Source of the DNA: Candidatus Komeilibacteria bacterium
GTDB taxonomy: Bacteria; Patescibacteriota; Patescibacteriia; UBA1558
DNA: 64,000 bases
Direction of reading: 5' to 3'
NCBI GenBank assembly: GCA_048538235.1
Contig: JBLYPX010000001.1
Location: 200,013 to 264,012 of the forward strand
Shown here: positions 50,256-58,838 of the stretch, in pieces
Layout of the letters: every line of letters starts with the position of its first letter
Numbering within the stretch: the first letter of the stretch is position 1
Notes under the pieces: generated by a model
The model's database searches: none
What the model was told of the DNA's origin: nothing
Seen by the model: only the letters and a program-made list of their open reading frames with translations
Program-made: the position numbers and the translations under genes

Positions 50256-51592
50256 TGCCAATTTCAAATAAGAAAAAAGAAAAGATACGATTACATCAAG
50301 ATAATAAGTCTCACGAAGAGGCTGTTTTAAAATTCCCACCTAATTTTTTATGGGGATCTTCAACATCTTCACATCAAGTAGAAGGAGATAATAAAAACAA
50401 TGATTGGTGGGCATGGGAGCAAGAAGGTTTAGCAGATGATCATCAGGTGTCTGGTAAAGCAGCAGATTTCTATAACAAGTATGCTGAAGATTTTAAAATG
50501 GCAGCAGATTTAAATCAAAACGCTCATCGTTTATCTATTGAATGGAGTAGGGTAGAACCAGAAGATAATAACTGGGATATGAAAGAAATAGAGCATTATA
50601 GAAAGGTATTACAATCTGCTAAAGATAATGGTTTAACAACAGTTGTTACTTTGCATCACTTTACTAATCCAATGTGGTTTGTAAACGATGGCGGTTGGGA
50701 ACAGAAAGACGCTCCAGAAATATTTCAGTCTTATGTTTTAATGATCATTAAACACTTAGGAGATTTAATAGATATGTGGATGACCATTAATGAACCTATG
50801 GTTTATGCATCACAAGGCTATTTAGCAGCAGCTTGGCCTCCACAAGAGAAGTCACCATTGAAAATGTATAAGGTTATAAATAATATGGCTAAGGCGCACA
50901 TATTAGCTTATCGCTCAATTCATAATATGTTAGATACTGAAGATTTTACAGCAAGGGTTGGTTTTGCAAATAATGTTTCTTCTTACCAAATATATAATAA
51001 GCACTCATTAAAAGATTTAGCTTTTATGCAAACTGTAGATAGTGTTTGGAATCATTGGTTTATGAGGCAAACGAAGGGTTGTAATGATTTTCTTGGGCTT
51101 AATTACTATTTTCATTACCGTATTGCTAAAGCTAAATTTTCTCATGTTCAGTTTTTTACAGACATTAGAAAAGAGAGAAGAGAAGCATCGGATGTTGGTT
51201 GGGAAATATATCCACCTGGTATTTTTGATGTAGTAATGGATATGTCAAAGTATAAGTTGCCAATATATATTACTGAAAATGGTATTGCAGTTGAAAAAGA
51301 TAATAAGAGAAGTAGATTTATAGTTTCTTATGTAAAAGAACTTTATCATGCTATTCAAGCGGGTGCTCCAGTCAAAGGATATTTCTATTGGTCATTGCTA
51401 GATAACTGGGAATGGGAAAAGGGATATAATGCTCGTTTTGGTCTTGTTAATGTAGATTTTAAAACTCAGAAAAGAACAGTTAGAGAATCTGCCAAAGTTT
51501 ACGCAAGTATTGCGGGACATAATGGCATACCTCATGATTTATTAAAGTTTGTTGGACATATAACATTAGGTGAAATAACAGTTAAAGAATAA
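50243..51592 (+). CDS. Glycoside hydrolase family 1 beta-glucosidase
   Basis: F.WG..TS.HQ.EG, TLHHFTNP, the acid/base NEP and the nucleophile ITENG. Confidence 0.9.
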   Translation: MVTIMPISNKKKEKIRLHQDNKSHEEAVLKFPPNFLWGSSTSSHQVEGDNKNNDWWAWEQEGLADDHQVSGKAADFYNKYAEDFKMAADLNQNAHRLSIEWSRVEPEDNNWDMKEIEHYRKVLQSAKDNGLTTVVTLHHFTNPMWFVNDGGWEQKDAPEIFQSYVLMIIKHLGDLIDMWMTINEPMVYASQGYLAAAWPPQEKSPLKMYKVINNMAKAHILAYRSIHNMLDTEDFTARVGFANNVSSYQIYNKHSLKDLAFMQTVDSVWNHWFMRQTKGCNDFLGLNYYFHYRIAKAKFSHVQFFTDIRKERREASDVGWEIYPPGIFDVVMDMSKYKLPIYITENGIAVEKDNKRSRFIVSYVKELYHAIQAGAPVKGYFYWSLLDNWEWEKGYNARFGLVNVDFKTQKRTVRESAKVYASIAGHNGIPHDLLKFVGHITLGEITVKE

Positions 51593-51593
51593 T

Positions 51594-52481
51594 ATGTGGA
51601 TATTAGTTGTTACAATTGGATATTTATTAAACGGCGCTTCTTCAGTAATTAATAAATCTTTATTAAATAAAGATATACCAAATCCAGTGGTATATACTTT
51701 TTATATTACAGCTTTGGGTTTATTTGTATTTGTTTTAGCACCATTTGGTTTTTCTTGGATAGGTCTTAATATGTTTTTAGTAAGTGCTTTAGCTGGTATA
51801 TTATTTACCCTTGGTTTGCTATATATGTTTATAGCACTTGTAAAAGATGAAGTGTCTAGAGTTACTCCATTAATTGGTGGTTTGCAACCAATATTTGTTT
51901 TTGCTTTAGCATTTTTTCTTTTAGATGAGAGATTATTATTTAACCAAATATTAGCTTTTGCATTAATATTGATTGGCGGAATATTAATTACTATTCAGTC
52001 TGGCAAAAGTACAAAATCTCAAGCTAAAATGTTTTGGCTTTCAGTATTATCTTCCTTTTTATTTGCAGCTTCATTTGTTTTAACAAAGTTTGTATTTAAT
52101 AATGTAGATTTTATATCTGGATTTATTTGGATTAGAATAGGTTCATTTATTGCGGCTTCAATATTTCTATTAAGTAAAAAGCAAAGACAAGCAATATTCT
52201 ATAATACTGGTAATGCTAAACAGGGTGTAACGCTAGCTTTCATACTTGGACAGGGAGCTGGTGCTTTATCTTTTATTATGATTAACTGGGCTATTTCAAT
52301 GGGAAGCGTAACACTAGTAAATGCTTTACAAGGCCTTCAATATGTCTTTTTATTTGTTATAGTATTTGTTCTTGCTAAGAAATATCCTCAACTACTAGAT
52401 GAGGATTTACATAAAAAAGTGGTTATACAAAAAATTATAGCTATACTATTAATAGCAGTTGGAATGTATTTTATTGTTTAA
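51594..52481 (+). CDS. EamA/DMT-superfamily transporter
   Basis: Ten TM helices with a duplicated EamA pattern. Confidence 0.7.
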   Translation: MWILVVTIGYLLNGASSVINKSLLNKDIPNPVVYTFYITALGLFVFVLAPFGFSWIGLNMFLVSALAGILFTLGLLYMFIALVKDEVSRVTPLIGGLQPIFVFALAFFLLDERLLFNQILAFALILIGGILITIQSGKSTKSQAKMFWLSVLSSFLFAASFVLTKFVFNNVDFISGFIWIRIGSFIAASIFLLSKKQRQAIFYNTGNAKQGVTLAFILGQGAGALSFIMINWAISMGSVTLVNALQGLQYVFLFVIVFVLAKKYPQLLDEDLHKKVVIQKIIAILLIAVGMYFIV

Positions 52482-53520
52482 TATGTTTAGAAGATTATTA
52501 GATATAATACAGAGAAAAAAAGTACTAAGGTTAAAAAAAAGATACCTTATTCTTTTAACAGCTATTATTATAATATTAATATTATTAATTATTATTTATT
52601 CTCTAAGCTTTAATCCAGGTAATATTGAATACGGTATGACCTTTAGTCATAAATATGCTAAAGAGCTAGGAATAAATTATCAGGATGCATTTGTTAATTT
52701 AGCAGATGATTTAGGTATAAAGAAATTTAGGATGATGGCCTATTGGGATAGTATTGAAATGGATAAAGGTGTCTATGATTTTACAGAATTAGATTGGCTT
52801 ATTAGAAGGGCAGATTATAGTGGAGCTGAAGTTATTCTAGTAGTTGGTAGAAGACAGCCACGTTGGCCAGAGTGTCATCAACCAGAATGGGTAGAAGATT
52901 TAACCAGATCTGAACAAATGCAAGAAGAGCTGGCAATGATTAAAGAGGTTGTTAATCATTTTAGGAAGTACGATAATATTATTGCTTGGCAAGTAGAGAA
53001 TGAACCATTTTTATCTGTATTTGGAGAATGTCCAGAGACAACAGATGAATTCTATATTGAAAAACTTAATTTAGTTAAAAGTTTAGATAGTAGACCAACC
53101 ATTATTACAGATAGTGGAGAATTATCTACATGGAAAAAATCTGCTAAATTAAATCCAATATTAGGCTCTAGTATTTATAGATATGTGTGGAATCCACTAT
53201 ATGGTGATTTTATTTACCCATTACCACCCGCATATTATAATTTTAAAGCAAAGGCTCTATACAAAACTACTCAATTAAGAGAGGTGTTCATATCTGAACT
53301 GCAATTAGAGCCGTGGACTTCTAAAGCTATTATTGATGTTTCTTTAGAAGATCAATTTAAGAGCATGAATATTAATAGATTTAATGATAGTATTCGCTAT
53401 GCCAAACGTATAGGTTTTGATAACATTTATCTATGGGGTGGTGAATGGTGGTATTGGCTAAAAACAACTCAAGGTGATGATAGTTTTTGGCGAGCAGCTA
53501 AAGAATTAATAAATAAATAA
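52459..53520 (+). CDS. Membrane-anchored GH-A clan glycoside hydrolase (GH5/GH42-like)
   Basis: An N-terminal TM helix, WQVENEP (the NEP acid/base) and an ELQLEPW-type nucleophile region. Confidence 0.5.
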   Translation: MECILLFNMFRRLLDIIQRKKVLRLKKRYLILLTAIIIILILLIIIYSLSFNPGNIEYGMTFSHKYAKELGINYQDAFVNLADDLGIKKFRMMAYWDSIEMDKGVYDFTELDWLIRRADYSGAEVILVVGRRQPRWPECHQPEWVEDLTRSEQMQEELAMIKEVVNHFRKYDNIIAWQVENEPFLSVFGECPETTDEFYIEKLNLVKSLDSRPTIITDSGELSTWKKSAKLNPILGSSIYRYVWNPLYGDFIYPLPPAYYNFKAKALYKTTQLREVFISELQLEPWTSKAIIDVSLEDQFKSMNINRFNDSIRYAKRIGFDNIYLWGGEWWYWLKTTQGDDSFWRAAKELINK

Positions 53521-53521
53521 T

Positions 53522-54358
53522 ATGAAACAAGTATATATATTAAAAGCAGATGGTAGTACAAGACAATTTAGTTTTAAAAAATTAGTAAAATCTGTTAATA
53601 GATCTGGCGCATCAAGAGAGCAGGCTAATGCAATTGCTAAAGCTGTGCTAGATAAATTACCACCAAAGGTAACTACTAATCAGATTTATGATTTAATATA
53701 TAAAGAGTTAAGAGGTGCTAAGATGCACCCAACAGCTCAGTTATATTCTTTGCGTAAATCTTTATCTGATCTAAAGCCAGAAGAGTGGGAAAAATATACT
53801 GCTAAACTATTCTCATACTACGGGTATAAAACAGAGTGGAATAAAATAATACCAGGTGCAGCAGTTGAGCATCAGGTGGATGTAATAGCAACCAAAGGTA
53901 ATAAACAATGGTTAATTGAATGTAAGCACCATTATGATTACCATAACGATACAGGTCTTGGTGAGGTGTTAAGAGTACAAGCAAGACTTGAAGATATACA
54001 AGATGGGTTTAAAAAGAAAACAACTAAGTATAATTTTACAGGTGCATGGCTAGTCGTTAACACAAAGTTTTCTGATCATGCTAAAAGATATGCAGCTGCT
54101 AAAAAAATGAATCTTAGCGGTTGGAAATATCCAGATCAATATAGTTTAGAAAGACTTATCCAAGATCAATCTGTATTTCCAGTTACAATTTTAAATGTAG
54201 ATAAAAAGACAAAGAATTTCCTACTACACAATGGTATTTTTACAATTCAAGATATTTTAGAAATGCCACCAAAATTGAGTAGAATATTAGATAATAAGAA
54301 GTTAGACAGATTGGTTAAACAGGTAAATCAACTATTAGAATATTCAGGTAATTTGTAA
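53522..54358 (+). CDS. ATP-cone domain fused to an Mrr-cat (restriction-endonuclease-like PD-(D/E)XK) domain, with a C-terminal HhH-like segment
   Basis: An N-terminal ATP-cone (VYILKADGSTRQFSFKKLVKSV...). The Mrr-cat core is FSYYGY...VDVIATKGNKQWLIECKHH. Confidence 0.6.
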   Translation: MKQVYILKADGSTRQFSFKKLVKSVNRSGASREQANAIAKAVLDKLPPKVTTNQIYDLIYKELRGAKMHPTAQLYSLRKSLSDLKPEEWEKYTAKLFSYYGYKTEWNKIIPGAAVEHQVDVIATKGNKQWLIECKHHYDYHNDTGLGEVLRVQARLEDIQDGFKKKTTKYNFTGAWLVVNTKFSDHAKRYAAAKKMNLSGWKYPDQYSLERLIQDQSVFPVTILNVDKKTKNFLLHNGIFTIQDILEMPPKLSRILDNKKLDRLVKQVNQLLEYSGNL

Positions 54359-54669
54359 TGTTTTTTAGAAAGTTTAAACGGACTATAGAAGATTTTGTTT
54401 GCGAGAATTGTGAACAAGAAGTGAAGGGTAATGGCTATACTAATCATTGTCCTAATTGTTTGTATTCAAAACATGTAGATATATATCCTGGAGATAGAGC
54501 AGAAGAGTGCCAGGGCATGATGAAACCAATAGACTCTGTTATGGAAAAAGGAGATATATATATTGTTCATGAGTGTGTTAAGTGTGGTTTCCAAAAAAGA
54601 AATAAATTTCAAAAGCAAGATAGTCAGGAGGCATTACAAAATATTAATAAAGAAAAAATATATGGTTAA
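54358..54669 (+). CDS. RNHCP-domain zinc-binding protein
   Basis: The GYTNHCPNCLYSKHVD signature and further CxxC pairs. The start overlaps the upstream stop (ATGTAATG). Confidence 0.65.
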   Translation: MFFRKFKRTIEDFVCENCEQEVKGNGYTNHCPNCLYSKHVDIYPGDRAEECQGMMKPIDSVMEKGDIYIVHECVKCGFQKRNKFQKQDSQEALQNINKEKIYG

Positions 54670-55186
54670 AATATCTGTGGGTAGTGCTAACCCAGTTAAA
54701 ATTAAAGCTTGTGAAGAGGTTGCGAAAAAAGTTTGGCAAGATGTTGAAGTGGTAAATCATGATGTAGATTCTGGAGTATCAGATATGCCAATGAATGAAG
54801 AGGAGTCAATTAAGGGAGCTATTAATAGAGCTAGCGGTGCTAGAGAAAAAGCAGACGCAGATTATGGTTTTGGTTTGGAAGGTTCTGTTACAGAAATTGA
54901 AGATAAAATGTTTTTAACTGGTTGGGTTGCTGTTGTTAATAGAGAAGGGGAGATTGGTATTGGTTCTGGTGGACACATATTATTACCAGAAGCAATTGCA
55001 GACAGAATAAGAGGTGGAGAAGAATTAGGACCTGTTATGGATGATATCTTACATAAGACAAATACAAAGCAAGGACAAGGTGCAGTTGGAACACTAACTG
55101 GTGGTCTTAAACCCAGACAACAATCATTTGAAGATGGTGTACTATACGCCTTAACAAAATTTATTAAACCAGATTTATATAAGTAA
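54662..55186 (+). CDS. yjjX: YjjX-family non-canonical purine NTP phosphatase (ITPase/XTPase). The ORF-track start at 54563 is rejected.
   Basis: EELGPVMDDI, GAVGTLTGG and LPEAIADRIRGGEE match YjjX. The ATG overlaps the RNHCP stop. Confidence 0.75.
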   Translation: MVKISVGSANPVKIKACEEVAKKVWQDVEVVNHDVDSGVSDMPMNEEESIKGAINRASGAREKADADYGFGLEGSVTEIEDKMFLTGWVAVVNREGEIGIGSGGHILLPEAIADRIRGGEELGPVMDDILHKTNTKQGQGAVGTLTGGLKPRQQSFEDGVLYALTKFIKPDLYK

Positions 55187-55189
55187 AAG

Positions 55190-55219
55190 AAAAACCCTCG
55201 AACATTGTCGAGGGTTTTT
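55190..55219. terminator. Bidirectional terminator
   Basis: AAAACCCTCGAcattGTCGAGGGTTTTT. Confidence 0.8.
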
Positions 55220-55229
55220 GTAAAAAAGC

Positions 55230-55499
55230 CTATTTTCCAGATAAATGTCTTGCGCTAACACCGAAACCTCTGAAACCAGAGTAGATGAGTAACATTACTC
55301 CAATTACCATGAGCCAGGGGTGGTCGAATAGCAATTCTAGCGAATCACCGAAATTGCTACCATTATCGTAGCTATTACCGGGGTCGAAATAGAAGGCAAG
55401 AGAGACAAAGCAGGCGAGTATCCACGCGATTGTCAGGGTTGAATACACACTGGTTAAAACCTGGATTGTTTTGGCTAATCTGCTGAAAAAAGTTGTCAT
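55230..55499 (-). CDS. Hypothetical small membrane protein (89 aa)
   Basis: Three TM helices. AAGGAG RBS. A minus-strand promoter (TTGACA, 17 nt spacer, TATACT) lies at about 55540-55570. Confidence 0.5.
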   Translation of the reverse strand: MTTFFSRLAKTIQVLTSVYSTLTIAWILACFVSLAFYFDPGNSYDNGSNFGDSLELLFDHPWLMVIGVMLLIYSGFRGFGVSARHLSGK

Positions 55500-55539
55500 G
55501 TAAGACTCCTTTGTTTTTTTTGTGAAATGTTCAAATCAA

Positions 55540-55570
55540 TAATAACAGTATAGCATATATATACTAATTT
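55540..55570 (-). promoter_or_regulatory. Sigma70-like promoter on the minus strand (TTGACA, 17 nt spacer, TATACT) for the 55230-55499 gene
   Basis: Reverse complement of CAGTATAGCATATATATACTAATTTGTCAA. Confidence 0.5.
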
Positions 55571-55574
55571 GTCA

Positions 55575-55601
55575 ATAGTAAGCAAAACTCCGTAGATTAT
55601 A
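55575..55601. terminator. Hairpin terminator
   Basis: AAAACTCCGTAgattaTACGGAGTTTT. Confidence 0.7.
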
Positions 55602-55608
55602 CGGAGTT

Positions 55609-55839
55609 TTAGTATTGTTTGTGGCAATGTTCGTCTTCCCAGCGTGCATAACGCATTAAAGCGGTAAATGCTAGGAAAGCAACAACAACGCTCAATATCC
55701 ACCAATTTTTGGCGAAATTTAGGGTGTATGTAACCCATTCTATCTCGTATTTACTCTCATGTTGAATAAGAAGAGCAAATAGGACGAAACCAGTGCAAAT
55801 ACTAGCTAGTATTTGTAAAACAGTGTAGATGGTTTTCAT
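55609..55839 (-). CDS. Hypothetical small membrane protein (76 aa)
   Basis: Two TM helices and C-terminal EDEHCHKQY. GC is elevated. Confidence 0.5.
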   Translation of the reverse strand: MKTIYTVLQILASICTGFVLFALLIQHESKYEIEWVTYTLNFAKNWWILSVVVAFLAFTALMRYARWEDEHCHKQY

Positions 55840-55994
55840 CTTAGCCCCCTTATTTTTTTAAGAACTATTACTTAATAATTAGCATGTAATAAGAGTTTTG
55901 TCCATTTTTTGTTTATTGACAATAGTTAGGTGTACATATTATTCTCTTAGTAGAGGTTAATTTGATCTTTGAAAAAAATAGGGAGGAAAAATAA

Positions 55995-56963
55995 ATGAAT
56001 TCAAAATGTGTTTTGGTTATATCCAATAAAGTAGATGTGCATGCAGATAGTGTTATTGATGCACTCTATACTCTAGGCGCAGAAGTTGTTCGGCTTAATA
56101 CAGAAGATTTTAGGCAGGCTAGATATTGTCTAAGTATAGGTAATAATGGACTAGCCTTTGATTTTGAAACGTCAGGTGGTAGGGCAATAGCTCCTAAGGA
56201 TGTTCACAGTGTCTATGTTAGGAGGATTAGTCGAATAAATACTGACGATGTTGAGGATGATTACAAACAGTTGGTTAGTGATGAGAGCGAGGTTTTATTA
56301 AATGCCTTTTGCGAGCTTTTCTCAGAATCTAAATGGCTTGATTTTCCTCAGTATAGAATCGCTGCTTCAAACAAAATCTTGCAGTTGATGGCTGCAAGGG
56401 AAAGTGGGTTTGCAATACCTTCAAGTGTCATAACTAATAATGAAGAATCAGCTAAAAAGTTTTTAGCAGAAGGCGAGTCAATATTCAAGACATTACGATA
56501 TCCAATAGTTGATTTTGGTGAGAGGGGTGTAGGAATGATAAACACCACTCTTATTAGAGATGATTTGATTGACTCAGTTTGTAGTCAGGTTTCCGTGACT
56601 GCAAATTATTTTCAACACTATGTCTCTAAATTGTATGAATTACGCGTTCATGTAATAGGAGGAGATATAGTTGCTGTGAAAATAGAATCTCAAAGTAATG
56701 CAGATTCTAAAATTGATTGGAGGGTTGCTGATTTTGATTATTTAGATTATGAAGAGGTGGTATTGCCAGGTCGTGTGCAAGGAATGATTCTTGAATTTAT
56801 GGCCAGATTGCGTCTCAATTTCGGGGTATTAGATATGATTGTAACCCCTGAAGAGGAATATGTTTTCTTAGAAATCAACCCAAATGGTAATTGGACTTGG
56901 TTGGAGCCGCACCTGAACACTTCTGTGAGCCACAAAATTGCCAGTTGGTTGGTTAAAGAATAG
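55995..56963 (+). CDS. ATP-grasp peptide ligase of the microviridin MdnC/MdnB (graspetide) type
   Basis: ELRVHVIGGDIV and DMIVTPEEEYVFLEINPNGNWTWLE closely resemble MdnC-type ligases. RBS GGGAGG. Promoter TTGACA at 55915. Confidence 0.75.
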   Translation: MNSKCVLVISNKVDVHADSVIDALYTLGAEVVRLNTEDFRQARYCLSIGNNGLAFDFETSGGRAIAPKDVHSVYVRRISRINTDDVEDDYKQLVSDESEVLLNAFCELFSESKWLDFPQYRIAASNKILQLMAARESGFAIPSSVITNNEESAKKFLAEGESIFKTLRYPIVDFGERGVGMINTTLIRDDLIDSVCSQVSVTANYFQHYVSKLYELRVHVIGGDIVAVKIESQSNADSKIDWRVADFDYLDYEEVVLPGRVQGMILEFMARLRLNFGVLDMIVTPEEEYVFLEINPNGNWTWLEPHLNTSVSHKIASWLVKE

Positions 56964-56976
56964 AAAGGAGGTTAGT

Positions 56977-57132
56977 ATGAGACCGGTAGCGGCTCTCTTT
57001 GTTGGTAGACCCATAAAAAAAAGTTTACCCAAATTGAGTTACGACAGCAGTCGGCAACTAAATAGCAACTGGAAGGAGGTTGCTGAAAGAACGCCGACTT
57101 ACCGAAGTGATACAGATGATCATGACGCATGA
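56977..57132 (+). CDS. Candidate graspetide precursor peptide (51 aa) with a C-terminal core TPTYRSDTDDHDA
   Basis: AAAGGAGG lies 5 nt upstream. It is directly downstream of the ATP-grasp gene. The core mirrors the microviridin motif T-x-K-Y-P-S-D-x-E-E. The leader PVAALFV resembles PFFARFL. Confidence 0.6.
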   Translation: MRPVAALFVGRPIKKSLPKLSYDSSRQLNSNWKEVAERTPTYRSDTDDHDA

Positions 57133-57149
57133 TCGTATTGCTCAACAAT

Positions 57150-57185
57150 AAGAGCGCAGTCTAATGTACTGCGCTCTTTTTCTGT
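57150..57185 (+). terminator. Rho-independent terminator closing the ATP-grasp/peptide unit. It overlaps the 3' end of the convergent gene.
   Basis: AAGAGCGCAGTctaatgtACTGCGCTCTT followed by TTTCTG. Confidence 0.7.
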
Positions 57186-58072
57186 AATATCTTTTTTGCC
57201 GGATAACTTGAATTTAACTGATCACTTTCTGCTATAGTGTTTATCAGTTTTATTAGATCTTCATTCAGCAGTAGTAAGTGGTTTGGCAGTAATGACATTA
57301 GTGATAGGGCTTTGTTTCTAACAGCTGAACAGGGTAGGTATAGTGTTTTTGTTGTTAATATATTTAGTATTTTACTTTGCATTTTGGTTTCTAGCTTTTG
57401 CATTATGGGAATTAACATTAACAGAACTATGTTTTTATTGTGCTCGTTCTTTCCATTCAAGACACTAATTATTGTATTTAATAGTTTGTTATTTTTTGTT
57501 GCCCATTGCATTGCATACAAATCGTTGTAAGATATATTGTTTGATTCTAAATAGGGGTTGTAGTTTTTGTCTGTAACAAGCTCATGAATTTTATTTTCTA
57601 TAGATTTCAATTTCTTATCTTGAGAATAGAGTATGTTATTAATAATAGAGTATTGAATATTGGATGAGTTTTTTTCAAATAGCTCTGATGATAGCTTTTT
57701 GTGGCGTTCCACTAAAGTGTTTATTTTAGCACTTTTTGAAAGAGTTTGGTGTTTGTTAGGGTCTTGTGGATCTTTAGATATATCAATGCTTATTACTGTG
57801 AATCCTTTATCTGGGTATAGTGGATTCATTGTTGCTAACACTTGCCAATCATCTTTGTTTAATTGGTCGCGTATGTTATTTAGTAGATTGTCAAATTCTG
57901 TTACAGAGTATTTTTTGCTTATATATTGATCAACAAGCAGAGTATTTTTAAATAGTTTGGGAAGATTTTGTCCGTCATATTCCCATAATTCGATGTTTTT
58001 TAGCAGATATTTCATGTATATATTATAGCACCATTTTTTTATTATTGAATTATCCACAACTTTAGTTGACAT
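57161..58072 (-). CDS. Hypothetical N/K-rich low-complexity protein (303 aa)
   Basis: ORF only. It is divergent from hrcA. Confidence 0.5.
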   Translation of the reverse strand: MSTKVVDNSIIKKWCYNIYMKYLLKNIELWEYDGQNLPKLFKNTLLVDQYISKKYSVTEFDNLLNNIRDQLNKDDWQVLATMNPLYPDKGFTVISIDISKDPQDPNKHQTLSKSAKINTLVERHKKLSSELFEKNSSNIQYSIINNILYSQDKKLKSIENKIHELVTDKNYNPYLESNNISYNDLYAMQWATKNNKLLNTIISVLNGKNEHNKNIVLLMLIPIMQKLETKMQSKILNILTTKTLYLPCSAVRNKALSLMSLLPNHLLLLNEDLIKLINTIAESDQLNSSYPAKKILQKKSAVH

Positions 58073-58093
58073 AAATTATACAGTTGCTACAAT
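58066..58093 (+). promoter_or_regulatory. Sigma70-like promoter (TTGACA, 16 nt spacer, TACAAT) for the hrcA operon
   Basis: Read directly. Confidence 0.6.
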
Positions 58094-58096
58094 ATA

Positions 58097-58123
58097 TTAG
58101 CACTCTTAAGTAGAGAGTGCTAA
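58097..58123 (+). promoter_or_regulatory. CIRCE operator (TTAGCACTC-N9-GAGTGCTAA), the HrcA binding site
   Basis: A perfect match to the CIRCE consensus, 10 nt upstream of the hrcA ATG. Confidence 0.9.
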
Positions 58124-58133
58124 TGAAAGAATT

Positions 58134-58838
58134 ATGGAATTAGACAAGAGAAAGTCACAATTATTCAATACTATTGTAACAGAGTATATTAAAACCGCAG
58201 AACCTGTTGGTTCTAAACCTTTGGCTGGTAAAGGTAAGTTAAAAGTATCATCAGCAACTATTCGTAATGAGATGGCTGAGCTTGAAAAACAAGGACTTGT
58301 TTGTCAGCCACATACTTCAGCTGGTCGTATACCAACAGAAGATGGTTGGAAGTACTATTTAGACAACTTTCTTAAAAAATCTAAATTAAGTAGTGCTGAT
58401 CAAAAAAAGATAGAGAAGTTTATTAGTAAATTAAAAAAATCTGAACTAGAAATATTAATTAAAGAAATGGCTAAAGATATCGCAGATATGGTAGATGGAG
58501 CAGTCGTGGTTGCTCTTTCACCGAATCATGTATATTACACAGGCATTAGTAATATTTTTAAGCAGCCAGAGTTCTTTCATCCAGACATGGTACTTAATAT
58601 GAGCCAGATTATTGATCATTTAGATTCTGTAATGGGAAATATTTTTGACAAAGTTTCAGAACCAACTATTTTGGTTGGTAAAGATAATCCTTTTGGACAT
58701 GACACTGGAGTTGTTTTAACAAAGTATAGTTTGAATAATGAGGTTGGTATATTCGGAATACTTGGTCCAGTTAGAATGGATTACCAGAGGAATTATAATA
58801 TTATTAATTTTTTAACAGATAGTTTTCAAAATGCCTAA
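58134..58838 (+). CDS. hrcA: Heat-inducible transcription repressor HrcA (a short form)
   Basis: The N-terminal wHTH segment SKPLA...SSATIRNEMAELEKQGLVCQPHTSAGRIPT. It is CIRCE-adjacent. Confidence 0.85.
   Translation: MELDKRKSQLFNTIVTEYIKTAEPVGSKPLAGKGKLKVSSATIRNEMAELEKQGLVCQPHTSAGRIPTEDGWKYYLDNFLKKSKLSSADQKKIEKFISKLKKSELEILIKEMAKDIADMVDGAVVVALSPNHVYYTGISNIFKQPEFFHPDMVLNMSQIIDHLDSVMGNIFDKVSEPTILVGKDNPFGHDTGVVLTKYSLNNEVGIFGILGPVRMDYQRNYNIINFLTDSFQNA

Noticed and set aside
54563-54661. N-terminal 33-aa extension of the YjjX ORF
   Set aside because: It overlaps the C-terminus of the RNHCP gene in another frame. YjjX homology begins at MVKISVGSANPV, which is ATG 54662.
56938-56976. Longer version of the precursor ORF starting at 56938
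   Set aside because: It would overlap the ATP-grasp stop with no RBS. ATG 56977 has a perfect AAAGGAGG 5 nt upstream.
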